Part shown: positions 41,393 through 51,221 of the stretch, piece after piece
Numbering within the stretch: the first letter of the stretch is position 1
How the letters are laid out: the number at the start of each line of letters is the position of its first letter
Source of the DNA: an uncultured delta proteobacterium
Lineage (GTDB): Bacteria > Desulfobacterota > Syntrophia > Syntrophales > UBA2192
Direction of reading: 5' to 3'
Length of the DNA stretch: 64,000 bases
Assembly (NCBI GenBank): GCA_963828305.1
Contig: CAWHEJ010000009.1
Location: 16,984 to 80,983, forward strand
Made by a program: the position numbers and the translations under genes
The notes under the pieces: model-generated
Database searches by the model: none
Seen by the model: the letters and a program-made list of their open reading frames with translations, nothing else
What the model was told of the DNA's origin: nothing

Positions 41393-42385
41393 ATGGATGT
41401 GCAAGAACGAAAAACCAGGGTTGCGCTTCTGTCTGTGATTTCCAACACGGCTCTCGTCCTGATGAAGCTCGTTGTGGGCATCATGATCAACTCGGTATCC
41501 GTCATCTCCGAGGCCATTCACTCCGGGATGGATCTGGTGGCGGCGATCATCGCCTGGTTCTCCGTCAGGACATCCAGCAAGCCCGCCGATGACGATCACC
41601 CCTTCGGCCACGGGAAGATCGAAAATGTCTCGGGCACCGTTGAGGCGCTTTTGATCTTTCTCGCCGCTGGGTGGATCATCTATGAAGCCATCAAGAAGTT
41701 TATCTATCCGGAGCCCATCGAGACGGCCTTTTGGGGTGTCGGGGTCATGCTGATCTCGGCCGTCACGAACGTCATCGTTTCCCAAAAGCTGTTCAAAGTG
41801 GGCAGGGAAACAGACTCCGTAGCTCTCCTGGCCGATGCATGGCATTTGAGAACGGATGTCTATACCTCGGTGGGTGTCATGGCGGGGCTCGCGCTGATCT
41901 GGCTCGGGCAATGGATTCTGCCGGGTTATGACCTCAACGGGCTGGACCCGGTCTGCGCCATTGCCGTGGCACTGCTGATCATCAAGGCGGCATATGACCT
42001 GACGGTGCAGTCAGCTCGGGACCTATTGGATGCAAACTTGCCCGAGGAAGAGCAAGCCTGGATTCGGAATCTTCTGGAAACGCAGCGCGGTACCCTTCAC
42101 GGATATCACTATCTCCGTACAAGGAAAGCCGGTCACTTCCGCTTCGTCGAATTCCACGTTCAGGTTGATCGCGAGATGACAGTGGAGGAAGCACATCGTC
42201 TGACTCAGAAGCTGTCGCGGGCCATAAAGGATCACTTGCCACACTCTACGGTGACGATTCATGTCGAGCCCTGTACGGGAGATTGCGTCGACAAATGCCT
42301 GGCCGGGTGTTTGCTCACGGAACCCGAGCGAGTAGAGATTGTCAAAAATTCTGTGAGACCAATTAGATCAACAATACAGCAATGA
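41393..42385 (+). CDS. Cation diffusion facilitator (FieF-like)
   Basis: HSGMD, HPFGHGKIE, HLRTD, EAH, IHVEP, Cys-rich tail. Confidence 0.93.
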   Translation: MDVQERKTRVALLSVISNTALVLMKLVVGIMINSVSVISEAIHSGMDLVAAIIAWFSVRTSSKPADDDHPFGHGKIENVSGTVEALLIFLAAGWIIYEAIKKFIYPEPIETAFWGVGVMLISAVTNVIVSQKLFKVGRETDSVALLADAWHLRTDVYTSVGVMAGLALIWLGQWILPGYDLNGLDPVCAIAVALLIIKAAYDLTVQSARDLLDANLPEEEQAWIRNLLETQRGTLHGYHYLRTRKAGHFRFVEFHVQVDREMTVEEAHRLTQKLSRAIKDHLPHSTVTIHVEPCTGDCVDKCLAGCLLTEPERVEIVKNSVRPIRSTIQQ

Positions 42386-42396
42386 TAGGAGAGGCC

Positions 42397-42798
42397 ATGA
42401 AAAGATGGTTGTTTATCGTACCGATAGTGATGTTCATCCTCTTGGGCTGCGGAGACACTTTCAAGGGGATGGAGTCAGATTTGAAAATCAGTGTCACGGG
42501 AACACCTGGGCTCAAGGTCAGCGGTCATTATGCATTTGTGTCAACCGGGGACGTGCCCAAGCCAATGAATGTGGAAGGCTCCCTACCAGTTGAATACAAA
42601 GGGAAGGGGCTAACGGCGCTCTGTCTATTTAGGAAGACAACGGCTGAAGGCACCTTGAAAGTGGAGATCACCAGGGGCGAAAAGGTAATTGCCTCATCTG
42701 AGACACAGGCGCCCATGGGTTTCGTGTCTCTCACAACACCGCCACCCGAGGCTGAATCCTTCATCGGTCAGATTCTGAGCCGGTTTCTGGGTAAATAG
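42397..42798 (+). CDS. Hypothetical lipoprotein
   Basis: MKRW...LLGC lipobox; start chosen at the second Met. Confidence 0.6.
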   Translation: MKRWLFIVPIVMFILLGCGDTFKGMESDLKISVTGTPGLKVSGHYAFVSTGDVPKPMNVEGSLPVEYKGKGLTALCLFRKTTAEGTLKVEITRGEKVIASSETQAPMGFVSLTTPPPEAESFIGQILSRFLGK

Positions 42799-43009
42799 AT
42801 AGCGGTCTTTCTGTCATCAAGAAATGTATTTTATGCAAAATAATGGTAACTAAGTAGCCCTGATACGAATTGTCTTTTCTTGTTCCATCAAATATACGTG
42901 TGGGTAGTTATCGCAGCTTTCAATTTAAGAATGTCAAACAAGCGTGGATTCTGGATCGGGCATTGCATTTATCACAAAGTTCATGATTGAAAACGATAAG
43001 GGGGTGAAG

Positions 43010-43444
43010 ATGTTTCGCAAAGTCCTATATCCAACTGATTTTTCCGATGTTGCGGGAAAAGCTGTGAGGTATTTGAAACAGCTAAAGGATGCTGGACTGG
43101 AGGAAGTGGTGGTTCTTCATGTGATAGACATACGGCATCTCCATATTCCAGTGATTTATGCTATTAAAGAATTGTCAGCGTTTGAAGAAAGATACACACG
43201 TCAAGCAAAAGAGGGCGCTGACGCAGTGGCTCAAACATTGCAGGAAGTAGGCATCAAAGCGAGAGTCCGGATCGAAAAAGGGATCCCCTTTACAGAGATT
43301 CTTCGGGTAGAAGACGAAGAGGACGTCTCATTAATCATCATTGGATCCCATGGCAAGAGTAATGTTGCAGAAATGCTCCTGGGGTCCGTTTCGGAAAAAG
43401 TGATCCGAAAGGCCAAAAGACCCGTTCTCGTCGTGAAGAGATGA
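43010..43444 (+). CDS. Universal stress protein
   Basis: MFRKVLYPTDFS...GSHG...LLGSVSEKV. Confidence 0.92.
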   Translation: MFRKVLYPTDFSDVAGKAVRYLKQLKDAGLEEVVVLHVIDIRHLHIPVIYAIKELSAFEERYTRQAKEGADAVAQTLQEVGIKARVRIEKGIPFTEILRVEDEEDVSLIIIGSHGKSNVAEMLLGSVSEKVIRKAKRPVLVVKR

Positions 43445-43538
43445 CATCAAGCATCGATTGTGGGTCTGCAAGACAATATGATTTGGTCTGTTTTTCTCGG
43501 TGTGGTATGGGTCCGACCTCGTAAATGAGGATTTGGTT

Positions 43539-43853
43539 GTGTTCAATCGAGCTCGAAAACATGTTCTCTTCTTCTCGGCAGTCGCATTTATAGCAGCGAC
43601 CATAACACTCGCATATCATCTCAACGATTCCCCCTTCAAATATTCAACGTGTTCCATCTGCAAAATCAAGAATTCCTTTTCAGCATCGGTCAAAACAAAA
43701 ACAGACAAATTCGACGTTGCCATTCACAACAGTCCCCTTAAGATCGCATCGAATCTTACTATCAGTGTTCCGCCTCTCCATGAGAAGACAATAATACATA
43801 TCAATTGCACATCTCATCCACTCTCGAACAAAGCTCCCCCACTATATTCCTAA
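43539..43853 (+). CDS. DUF2946/CruR-like small exported protein (CxxC...KAPP), paralog 2
   Basis: GTG start after GAGG; TM segment, CSIC, terminal NKAPPLYS. Confidence 0.6.
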   Translation: MFNRARKHVLFFSAVAFIAATITLAYHLNDSPFKYSTCSICKIKNSFSASVKTKTDKFDVAIHNSPLKIASNLTISVPPLHEKTIIHINCTSHPLSNKAPPLYS

Positions 43854-43957
43854 GAAGTCCCTAAGAATCATCATTTTTTGAGCATAGTTGCTTTCATGCG
43901 AGTATTGGCCGTAACGCCTGACCGCCAAACACACCCTTACCTACGGGAGGAAATACA

Positions 43958-44227
43958 ATGAATTGCCCTACATGCCGCGATACGATACTGGTTATGGCCG
44001 AAAGACAGGGAATAGAAATCGACTATTGTCCGAAATGCAGAGGCGTCTGGCTGGATAAGGGAAAGCTCGACAGGATCATAGAGCGATCAGCACCGGAACG
44101 CCAGACGACCCCGGCACCGACTCGGGAGGTATACCCCGAGAAACACCATGACAGGCATTACGACGAACACAACCGCCATGTCGACAATCACCACAAAAAG
44201 AAAAGTATCTTTGATTTGTTCGATTAG
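43958..44227 (+). CDS. zf-TFIIB zinc-ribbon protein, paralog 2
   Basis: CPTC...IDYCPKCRGVWLD...His-rich...LFD. Confidence 0.9.
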   Translation: MNCPTCRDTILVMAERQGIEIDYCPKCRGVWLDKGKLDRIIERSAPERQTTPAPTREVYPEKHHDRHYDEHNRHVDNHHKKKSIFDLFD

Positions 44228-44300
44228 AGGAGTCCTCAAACATTTGAAATCACATAAGTACATCGCAACAGAGCGTTCAAACCACGGGGAGAGACCGAAC

Positions 44301-44603
44301 ATGATTGATGATGTCTACAAGGCTTATAAGTCCGAGCGATATCATGACGGCTACCATAGCAAAAGTCACAAACATCACAATATCCTGCTCTATATTGCAG
44401 CACGGTTATTTCGCAGCAAAGCCCTGATTGCCGCTGCCGTCCTGATATTTCTAACCCTCGGCGCGATCGGAATATGGCTGTTAGTCACGTTACTGCCTTT
44501 CGTAGGGCAGTTACTGTCCATTCTGGAAAAGCAGGGAATAAAGGGCATCCTGGATGCAATAGCCCCGTTCCTCAAGACATTATGGGAAGGTTCGGGGAAA
44601 TGA
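44301..44603 (+). CDS. Small membrane protein with His-rich N-terminus
   Basis: GGGGAG RBS; YHSKSHKHH then a hydrophobic helix. Confidence 0.6.
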   Translation: MIDDVYKAYKSERYHDGYHSKSHKHHNILLYIAARLFRSKALIAAAVLIFLTLGAIGIWLLVTLLPFVGQLLSILEKQGIKGILDAIAPFLKTLWEGSGK

Positions 44604-44678
44604 TGGGATAAACAATACCATCTGGACCGCGATTATAGGTCAGTCACTTGCACAGACTGCCGCGAAAGGATATGAGTC

Positions 44679-44981
44679 ATGCACGATCTTCGCATAGTTA
44701 ATAATTCAGTCCCGCATACTGCGTCTGCGGGGAAATCCCAGGGAGAAGCAAAAAGCAGCGACAAAACATTCGGTTCCATTCTTGTAGACAATTTGAAGGA
44801 GGTCCACAAACTCCAAACCGGTGCAGACAAGGCTATCGCCAACGTCATGCTAAACAATACTGGAAGCATTCACGAAGCCATGATCGCAATGGAAAAAGCC
44901 GGAATCGCGTTTCAGGCCACGATAACCATTCGAAATAAGATGCTGGAAGCATATCAGGAAGTGATGAAGATGCAGGTCTAG
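44679..44981 (+). CDS. fliE: Flagellar hook-basal body protein FliE (orphan)
   Basis: IHEAMIAMEKA...IRNKMLEAYQEVMKMQV. Confidence 0.9.
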   Translation: MHDLRIVNNSVPHTASAGKSQGEAKSSDKTFGSILVDNLKEVHKLQTGADKAIANVMLNNTGSIHEAMIAMEKAGIAFQATITIRNKMLEAYQEVMKMQV

Positions 44982-45155
44982 CGCTATGTCGTTCTGCATC
45001 AGGGTTATGCAGGGGAGACCAGAAGATACGGGAATCACTACTATTATCCTTCGTCTTCTGCGCAAAATTGAAAATTACGCTGAAATAGAAACGCATGTAT
45101 ATCAAAAGTAACATTTGACATTTAATGCACCGGGACTGAGATAGCCGTCAACTTT

Positions 45156-45503
45156 ATGGCCTCGAAGATTGTCGTCTCTAACCAGGACCGCTATGACGAA
45201 TACGTGGTGCTTATCGATGGCACGGAAAAGGCGGGCGTGTTCCCCTTGACCTCGGTCACAGTGGAAGTCCCGCCCGGATCGTATGTTCTGTCGTTCCGGA
45301 GCAAGGCGGAAGCAGAGCTTCCAGTCACATGCAAGTCGATCCGTGTCACACTGAAGGACATCTCAACACTGTCCCTTTACGTCAAGAGACGGAATCTTTC
45401 GATCGGAATCTATGATGAACAGCAATGCCAGTTGAACGCCAGGTATGGTTTCCTCTGCGGGCGGGTAGCGGAAGGTGTTCATATCGAGAACCCGATTGAG
45501 TAA
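45156..45503 (+). CDS. Hypothetical beta-rich protein
   Basis: Open frame with a PEGA-like V.PG.Y segment. Confidence 0.55.
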   Translation: MASKIVVSNQDRYDEYVVLIDGTEKAGVFPLTSVTVEVPPGSYVLSFRSKAEAELPVTCKSIRVTLKDISTLSLYVKRRNLSIGIYDEQQCQLNARYGFLCGRVAEGVHIENPIE

Positions 45504-46179
45504 CCTGCGCGACCCGGCCTGGACGGAACCGTATCATAACCCTCAGCTTCTCCGTGAGCGGCTCCTGTAACGACTCATGAGCCGACGGTCTGTTTTCGTA
45601 TTCTTATGGTCAAGAGGAAGTGCTCAAGGCTCTGGGCCATACGTACCTTGTCGTCTTCCCGGCACTGGCCACAGCATTCAGAATTGTTGTCAGTTCCTAC
45701 GCCTATCGTGGATTATCAAGTAGGGGATGCCGAGATCATCAGGCATTTTAGCCTTCCTTCTTTTCATTGTGATTGCTCATTCGCACGTGTAAGGAACTCC
45801 TGCATTCACTAATTGATTTATTTTGAATAGGTGAATAGCAATTGGAAATACTACAAGTGTGGGTGAGGTTTATTTAACCTTCTATTTCCCGTTTATCTTT
45901 CAAGAATGCATATAAGACGGGGGACACTCTACACCCGTCTTATGCATTCAATAAATATGAATTCCAACAAAACGTTGAAACGGCAATCGTGTCTACCACT
46001 CCTTGTGTATTTCAGATGGAGAAGACTGATGGGCATCCTGAATATTGAAACAACATCACAGTGTTGTTATCTATTTTTACCTTTTCATCTTTCTTCGAAT
46101 AAGTTAATCTCCCATCGAATTTCCACACGAATTATTGTCATAGTGTTTCTCCGGCACAACCAGACCGAAAAGGGTAGCG

Positions 46180-47007
46180 ATGACCATCAATAACCGACAC
46201 CGTCTTCTGCTGCGAGTTAGCGCAATCGTTGTTGTGATCGTAAGCGCGAAACTCCTCGTTCATTTCCTCGGGTGGGAGATTATCTCCATCAACCCGCTGT
46301 TTTCGGGGATTGTGGCTGCAAACGTCTTCCTGATGGGGTTTCTTCTGAGCGGTGTCCTGTCGGATTTCAAGGAAAGTGAACGTCTTCCGGGCGAGTTGAG
46401 CGCATGCCTGGAGAATCTGGCGCAGGAAGTGTCCGGTATCAGAATCGCAAAACCTGAAGCCAAAGTAGGTCCCTGCCTGATTCTTCTATCGCAATTGAGT
46501 CAGGACATTCTGACTTGGTTCTATAAGAAACACCACTCGGCAGGGCTGCTCGGTCACGTGAATGGTCTAACCCCTCAGTTCGCAGCGATGGAACAATGGA
46601 CTCAAGCGACCCTGGTGGCTCGATTGAAGCAGGAACAGGGTAATCTCCGGCGCACCCTTGTACGCATTCGCACGATTCGAGAAACTTCCTTTGTTCCCTC
46701 GGGTTATATACTCGCCGATCTCGTCACGATTCTTCTTTGCGTAGGTCTCATATTGGCAAAGATCGAACCCTTTTACGAGTCGTTGTTCTTCGTAACGGTT
46801 ATCTCGTATCTGATGATTTTCCTCCTCATGCTAATCCGGGATCTTGACAATCCGTTCGGTTACTATGACCGCTATTCCGGCGAAGACGTATCCCTCAAGC
46901 CGCTAGTGGAGACAGTCGGTCGGCTCGCGCAGCTCGCTAGCGTCGAAACCGATGCACCCGTGGACACTGCTAAACAGAGCGATCCACAGAATGGCCATTT
47001 GCGATAG
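46180..47007 (+). CDS. Bestrophin-like (DUF4239-type) membrane protein
   Basis: Four TM segments; DFKESE and DLDNPF. Confidence 0.7.
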   Translation: MTINNRHRLLLRVSAIVVVIVSAKLLVHFLGWEIISINPLFSGIVAANVFLMGFLLSGVLSDFKESERLPGELSACLENLAQEVSGIRIAKPEAKVGPCLILLSQLSQDILTWFYKKHHSAGLLGHVNGLTPQFAAMEQWTQATLVARLKQEQGNLRRTLVRIRTIRETSFVPSGYILADLVTILLCVGLILAKIEPFYESLFFVTVISYLMIFLLMLIRDLDNPFGYYDRYSGEDVSLKPLVETVGRLAQLASVETDAPVDTAKQSDPQNGHLR

Positions 47008-47179
47008 GATAGAACTCGACGAACCGGAAACTTTAAAAAATGAGTGAGCCGGACAACGCATTTCAACCGACAATCTCCACTTCCGATAGTGCTTTTTCAC
47101 CTTGAAGACTAGATGAACGTTTCAACAGTATGCCAAAGTTGTCACATCCGATTTTGATTTAAAGGCATAGGGGGTACTG

Positions 47180-48187
47180 ATGTCGGAATCTCAGTTTTAC
47201 CATATCACTCGGGAGGGAAAACTCATTCTCTTAACGACCATGGCTGAGGCTCTCGCCGCAGCAAAGATAAGAGGGTTTGTCTGGCTGGATTACTCCCAGC
47301 CGACAAAGGAGGAACTGTCATTTCTCATCGATCCCCTTGGACTCCATCCACTTTCTATCGAGGACTGTGTCGACGAAAATCAGATTCCCAAAATCGATGA
47401 TTATCCTCGATATACCTTCATCGTCTTCAATGCCTTTAACTACTGTCAGGGAGTGCTTTCGATCGATGAGGTGGATATGTTTATTGGCGCGGACTTTCTG
47501 ATTACCATCAACAGCAGTGGCTCAGAGAATCGGTAGCTTTTGAGGAGTATTGAACGCAGTGCGGAACTCGATCCCGAAAGCGTTCGACAAGGACCTGCTT
47601 TCGTTCTGCATGTCATCCTGGACCATATCGTCGATCAAAAACTTGTTGCGGTCGAAGCACTCGAGGATGAGTTGGACAAAGCTGAGGAGGTGATCCTTTC
47701 TGATCTGGCGAATTTCAATCCCGCTACTCTGCTCAACCTGCGCAGGAATCTGTTTGCGCTCCGAAAGAGCCTTTTCCACGAGAGGGAGATCCTCGTGAAG
47801 ATATGCCGTAAGGATTGCCCTTTCATCCCGGAAAAAGCCCTCTTCCTTTATCGAGACATTTACGATCATCTCGCCATATTCTTCGAATTCACCGAGACCT
47901 CACGTGACACCGCCACCAGCCTCATGGAGATGTACCTGACCATGTTAAACAACCAGATGGCCAATACTGCCAATCAGACGAACATGACGGTCAGGCGCTT
48001 AACCTTAATCACTACGATCTTCATGCCGCTCACGCTCTTGGCCGTGATTGGCGGCATGTCGGAGTGGTCCATGATGACCGGGCCGGGAAATTGGAGAATC
48101 TCTTATCCGGTCTTTCTGCTGGCGATGTTCATCATCGGCATTGTCAATTACTATCTATTGAAACGGTTGGAGAAAAAAGAACGATAG
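47180..48187 (+). pseudogene. corA: CorA-family Mg/Co transporter interrupted by an in-frame TAG at 47534-47536
   Basis: WLD..P, LHPLSIED, PKID before the stop; RDIYDH, IFMPLT, GGMSEW in the same frame after it. Confidence 0.85.
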
Positions 48188-48342
48188 ACAGATCAACCGG
48201 CAATCAGGCGGCAATAGGTCGACCGGCTTGCAGGTGACGAGGGGCATAGCGCCTTGGCAGAGAGGTGCTCATACTATCTATCCGTAATCCTCAATTGTGA
48301 CAGCTACCCCCAAGTGAAAGCGTTATTTTCAACAGAAATAAT

Positions 48343-48537
48343 AAACCCCTCTTCCGAGGGGTCTGGGGACGGCCGAAATACTGGCTTTCAACATTGGCAA
48401 AATTGTAAGTATATGATATAATTAAATATTTTTGGTGGAGGCGGCGGGAGTCGAACCCTACCTGTAAAATCCTATCCATATACAATCATTACATATTTGA
48501 CGATGTATCTCCCCTTGGGGACGGTCCGGGGACGGTC
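48343..48537. repeat. Complete attP-like junction between tandem elements (arm + 26-bp core + arm)
   Basis: 48343-48458 nearly identical to 55926-56042; 48440-48537 similar to 38546-38643; core tggtggaggcggcgggagtcgaaccc at 48433-48458. Confidence 0.9.
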
Positions 48538-49169
48538 GTCTTTCTAACAAAATACTGACAATCACTATCCGTGCTCAGAACAGAATTTAGGAACTGTCTG
48601 CGCTATCGACTCCTTCCTGCTTAAAATTAGACTCTGGTAAAAGATAGAAGATTACATTCGTTAATCGCCAGACATGAATGAGGCAGAGACAATCGATGCT
48701 GCCTCACCTGCTTCCGGCAAAGAACTCATCATAAACAGCATGAATTTGACAAGCGGCAGCGTTGCTTATATCAAGATCAGCTGCCATACGATGCAGCCTT
48801 GCTGCCATAAACCTACTTCCAACATCTCCTGATTCCTCCAAATCCGGCAATTCCAAAGTCAAAAAGCAGTAAGATCATGGGTTCCATTACCTGGACTATG
48901 CCTGCGGCATGAATCACCGTGTGATGTATTTGCATGCAATAAGCCGACTCAACAACTCCCCTATCCGATGAACCAAATTCTTATAGGAATCTCAGGATAA
49001 ACGAACAACGAAATCTGCTATGGCCGGATGTGCCGACTCCAAATAAGAAAGTACAATTCCTAAGAACATTTTGGCACCATATCGTACAGGTAGGAGTTCG
49101 TCATTTGTATGACTTGTGAAGTATAGGTATCTATACGGATAAAGAAGAAGAGAACTGGAGAGAAGCGAG

Positions 49170-49826
49170 ATGTCTACCATACGGGTTTTGCTTGCCGATG
49201 ACCAAAAGATCATCCGGGACGGACTCAAGACATTAATCGAAAAAGAGGCCGGCATGGAGGTGATCGCCGAGGCGGAAAACGGCCGCGAGACAGTCCGGCT
49301 AGCCCATGAACTTCGTCCCAACGTAGTCATCATAGACGTGACCATGCCGGACATGAACGGGATTGACGCAACCCGGATGATCATGGAAGAAACCCCAGGG
49401 GTCCGGGTCATCGCCCTTTCCATGCACTCCGACCAGAGTTACGTCCTGGGTATGCTCGAGGCAGGGGCGTCTGGCTACCTCCTCAAGGCTTGCGCCTTCG
49501 AGGAATTGGCCACAGCCATCCGAAATGTGGCGGAGGGAAACATGTACCTCAGCCCGAGGATCGCCGAGGTGGTGGTCAAGGGGTATCTCGGCAAGGGGCC
49601 CGGAACCTTCCAAGCATTGGGATGCGCACTCACACCCCGCGAGCGTGAGATCATCCAGCTTCTGGCCGAGGGGATGGCAACCAAGGAGATTGCCGTTCAC
49701 CTCAAGATAGCCATAAAAACCGTCGAGACACACCGTCGAAACACAATGGTGAAGCTTAACATGCGAGGCATTGCCGAGTTGACGAAATATGCCGTCCGGG
49801 AGGGATTGGTGAGCATCGAGGGGTAG
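49170..49826 (+). CDS. NarL/LuxR-family response regulator
   Basis: Receiver domain plus LTPRE.EI...KTVETHR HTH. Confidence 0.95.
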   Translation: MSTIRVLLADDQKIIRDGLKTLIEKEAGMEVIAEAENGRETVRLAHELRPNVVIIDVTMPDMNGIDATRMIMEETPGVRVIALSMHSDQSYVLGMLEAGASGYLLKACAFEELATAIRNVAEGNMYLSPRIAEVVVKGYLGKGPGTFQALGCALTPREREIIQLLAEGMATKEIAVHLKIAIKTVETHRRNTMVKLNMRGIAELTKYAVREGLVSIEG

Positions 49827-49902
49827 TAGGGAGGCTCACGACGCACGAAGCCGGTTAATGTCCTCTTCTCCTACATTTCTATTTGAATGAGGAAAGGGAA
49901 GG

Positions 49903-50511
49903 ATGAAGGCTATGAATAAGAAAGTCATAATATTCATGCTCATTTGGCTTTTCATCGTGGGTTCAGTTTATGCCCAGTTGCCAATTCCGCCTCCGGTTGT
50001 CAAACCATTTGCGGACAGCCGAGATTGGATGCTAGTCGAAACTGTTGAATATTCTATTGGGAATTCGGGCGTCACGATTATCGTCCCGAAGGGCTTTGTC
50101 ACGGATTTCGCTAGTATTCCGCAACCTCTGTGGTCGTTTGGTTTGTCACCATATGGCCGCTTCAGCAAAGCAGCAATTGTTCATGATTATCTCTACTGGA
50201 AACAAGACTGTACACGTGAGCAGGCCGACAACCTGTTGCTTATCGCCATGAAGGAGAGCGGTGTAAGCAGGTCACAACAAAGTGAAATCTATGTCGGCGT
50301 TCGCGCCGGCGGCGAGACCGCATGGGAGTCAAACAGAAAAGATCGTGCTGCAGGACTTATCAAGATTATTCCAGATGATCGTCTGAATTTCCCTTATGAA
50401 ATCAATTGGCGTGATTATAGAAAACAATTGTTCGATCTTGGTGTGAAAGAACCTCAGTCGACTGAACCGTCGGCATATTGTTCTTTCGGTAACTCGACAG
50501 ATGTACCGTAA
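49903..50511 (+). CDS. DUF1353-family exported protein
   Basis: Signal peptide; VPKGFVTDFASIP, AAIVHDYLY, VRAGG. Confidence 0.85.
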   Translation: MKAMNKKVIIFMLIWLFIVGSVYAQLPIPPPVVKPFADSRDWMLVETVEYSIGNSGVTIIVPKGFVTDFASIPQPLWSFGLSPYGRFSKAAIVHDYLYWKQDCTREQADNLLLIAMKESGVSRSQQSEIYVGVRAGGETAWESNRKDRAAGLIKIIPDDRLNFPYEINWRDYRKQLFDLGVKEPQSTEPSAYCSFGNSTDVP

Positions 50512-50802
50512 TCAAAGGCATGGATGATAGCCCGTACTCCCCTGAACTCGCTTACTCTGCCTGTTGACTTCCTTCCGCTCTAAGGCCCCCGCACTCGTTC
50601 ACTCATCCATTTACTGAGGATGAAATCATATTTTTCGAATGCACAATTGCGCATCTCCCCGATAGAATTAAGCGTCTTAATATTTAAGATTAATTACGGT
50701 TGCAATCGTTGCATACTGAATAGAGTAGTATTGGCACAGAACACAAGCACTGTTCGTTTGCTGACAACAGGCGGCGTTACAGACGAAATAGGAGGTGACA
50801 AT

Positions 50803-51126
50803 ATGCCTGAAAAAGCAGCCCCCCCCAAATGGGGTCCCATCTTCGATCCTGCTCCCTGGCCAGGTGGCAACTGGCCGCCGATCTGGCAGAACCCGCACTG
50901 GCCGCCCGTGGTGGACCCGATTCCATGGCCATGGAAACGTGTACCTTTCCCCCACGGAGACCCGATCCCCTTCCCTGACAAGTTCTGGGATAAGGTGCGG
51001 ATTGAGGACCTGATTGCTTTGCGGCTGGCAAACCTGGAGGCCCAGCACGAGGTATTCAGGGCGCAACTCGAAGCCGAAAAAACCCTTCTCGAAAAACAAA
51101 GACAGATTCTTTCCAGGTACAAGTAA
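50803..51126 (+). CDS. Pro/Trp-rich repeat protein (107 aa), candidate radical-SAM substrate/precursor
   Basis: GGAGGT RBS at 50791; three PxxDPxP[WF]P motifs and a C-terminal helical segment. Confidence 0.8.
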   Translation: MPEKAAPPKWGPIFDPAPWPGGNWPPIWQNPHWPPVVDPIPWPWKRVPFPHGDPIPFPDKFWDKVRIEDLIALRLANLEAQHEVFRAQLEAEKTLLEKQRQILSRYK

Positions 51127-51221
51127 ATGTAGTCCGTGCATATCCTCTTGCACAAAAGCACACTTTGCCGCCTGTTGTCCCAACTTTTTTACTTGTCCAA
51201 AGTCCCCCGTGGAGGTACGTC

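Larger units (their letters stand above)
38565..48458. mobile_element. tmRNA-integrated element B (~9.9 kb), no integrase visible
   Basis: Bounded by att cores at 38546 and 48433; arms conserved with element A; cargo is IS3, metal/stress genes and fliE. Confidence 0.75.

Noticed and set aside
47048-47075. Integron attC-like fragment (ACAACGCATTTCAACCGAC)
   Set aside because: No matching GTTRRRY end or palindrome, and no intI.
48433-48458. tRNA gene at the GGTTCGA-containing repeats (also 38546)
   Set aside because: Only the T-arm/acceptor 3' portion is present; these are att copies of the tmRNA end.
48600-48900. Integrase remnant next to the att arm
   Set aside because: No long ORF and no R-H-R-Y motifs recognisable by eye. 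A translated search is still needed.
50620-50802. Longer 168-aa version of the Pro/Trp-rich protein
   Set aside because: A strong GGAGGT RBS precedes the ATG at 50803, and the upstream extension looks non-coding.
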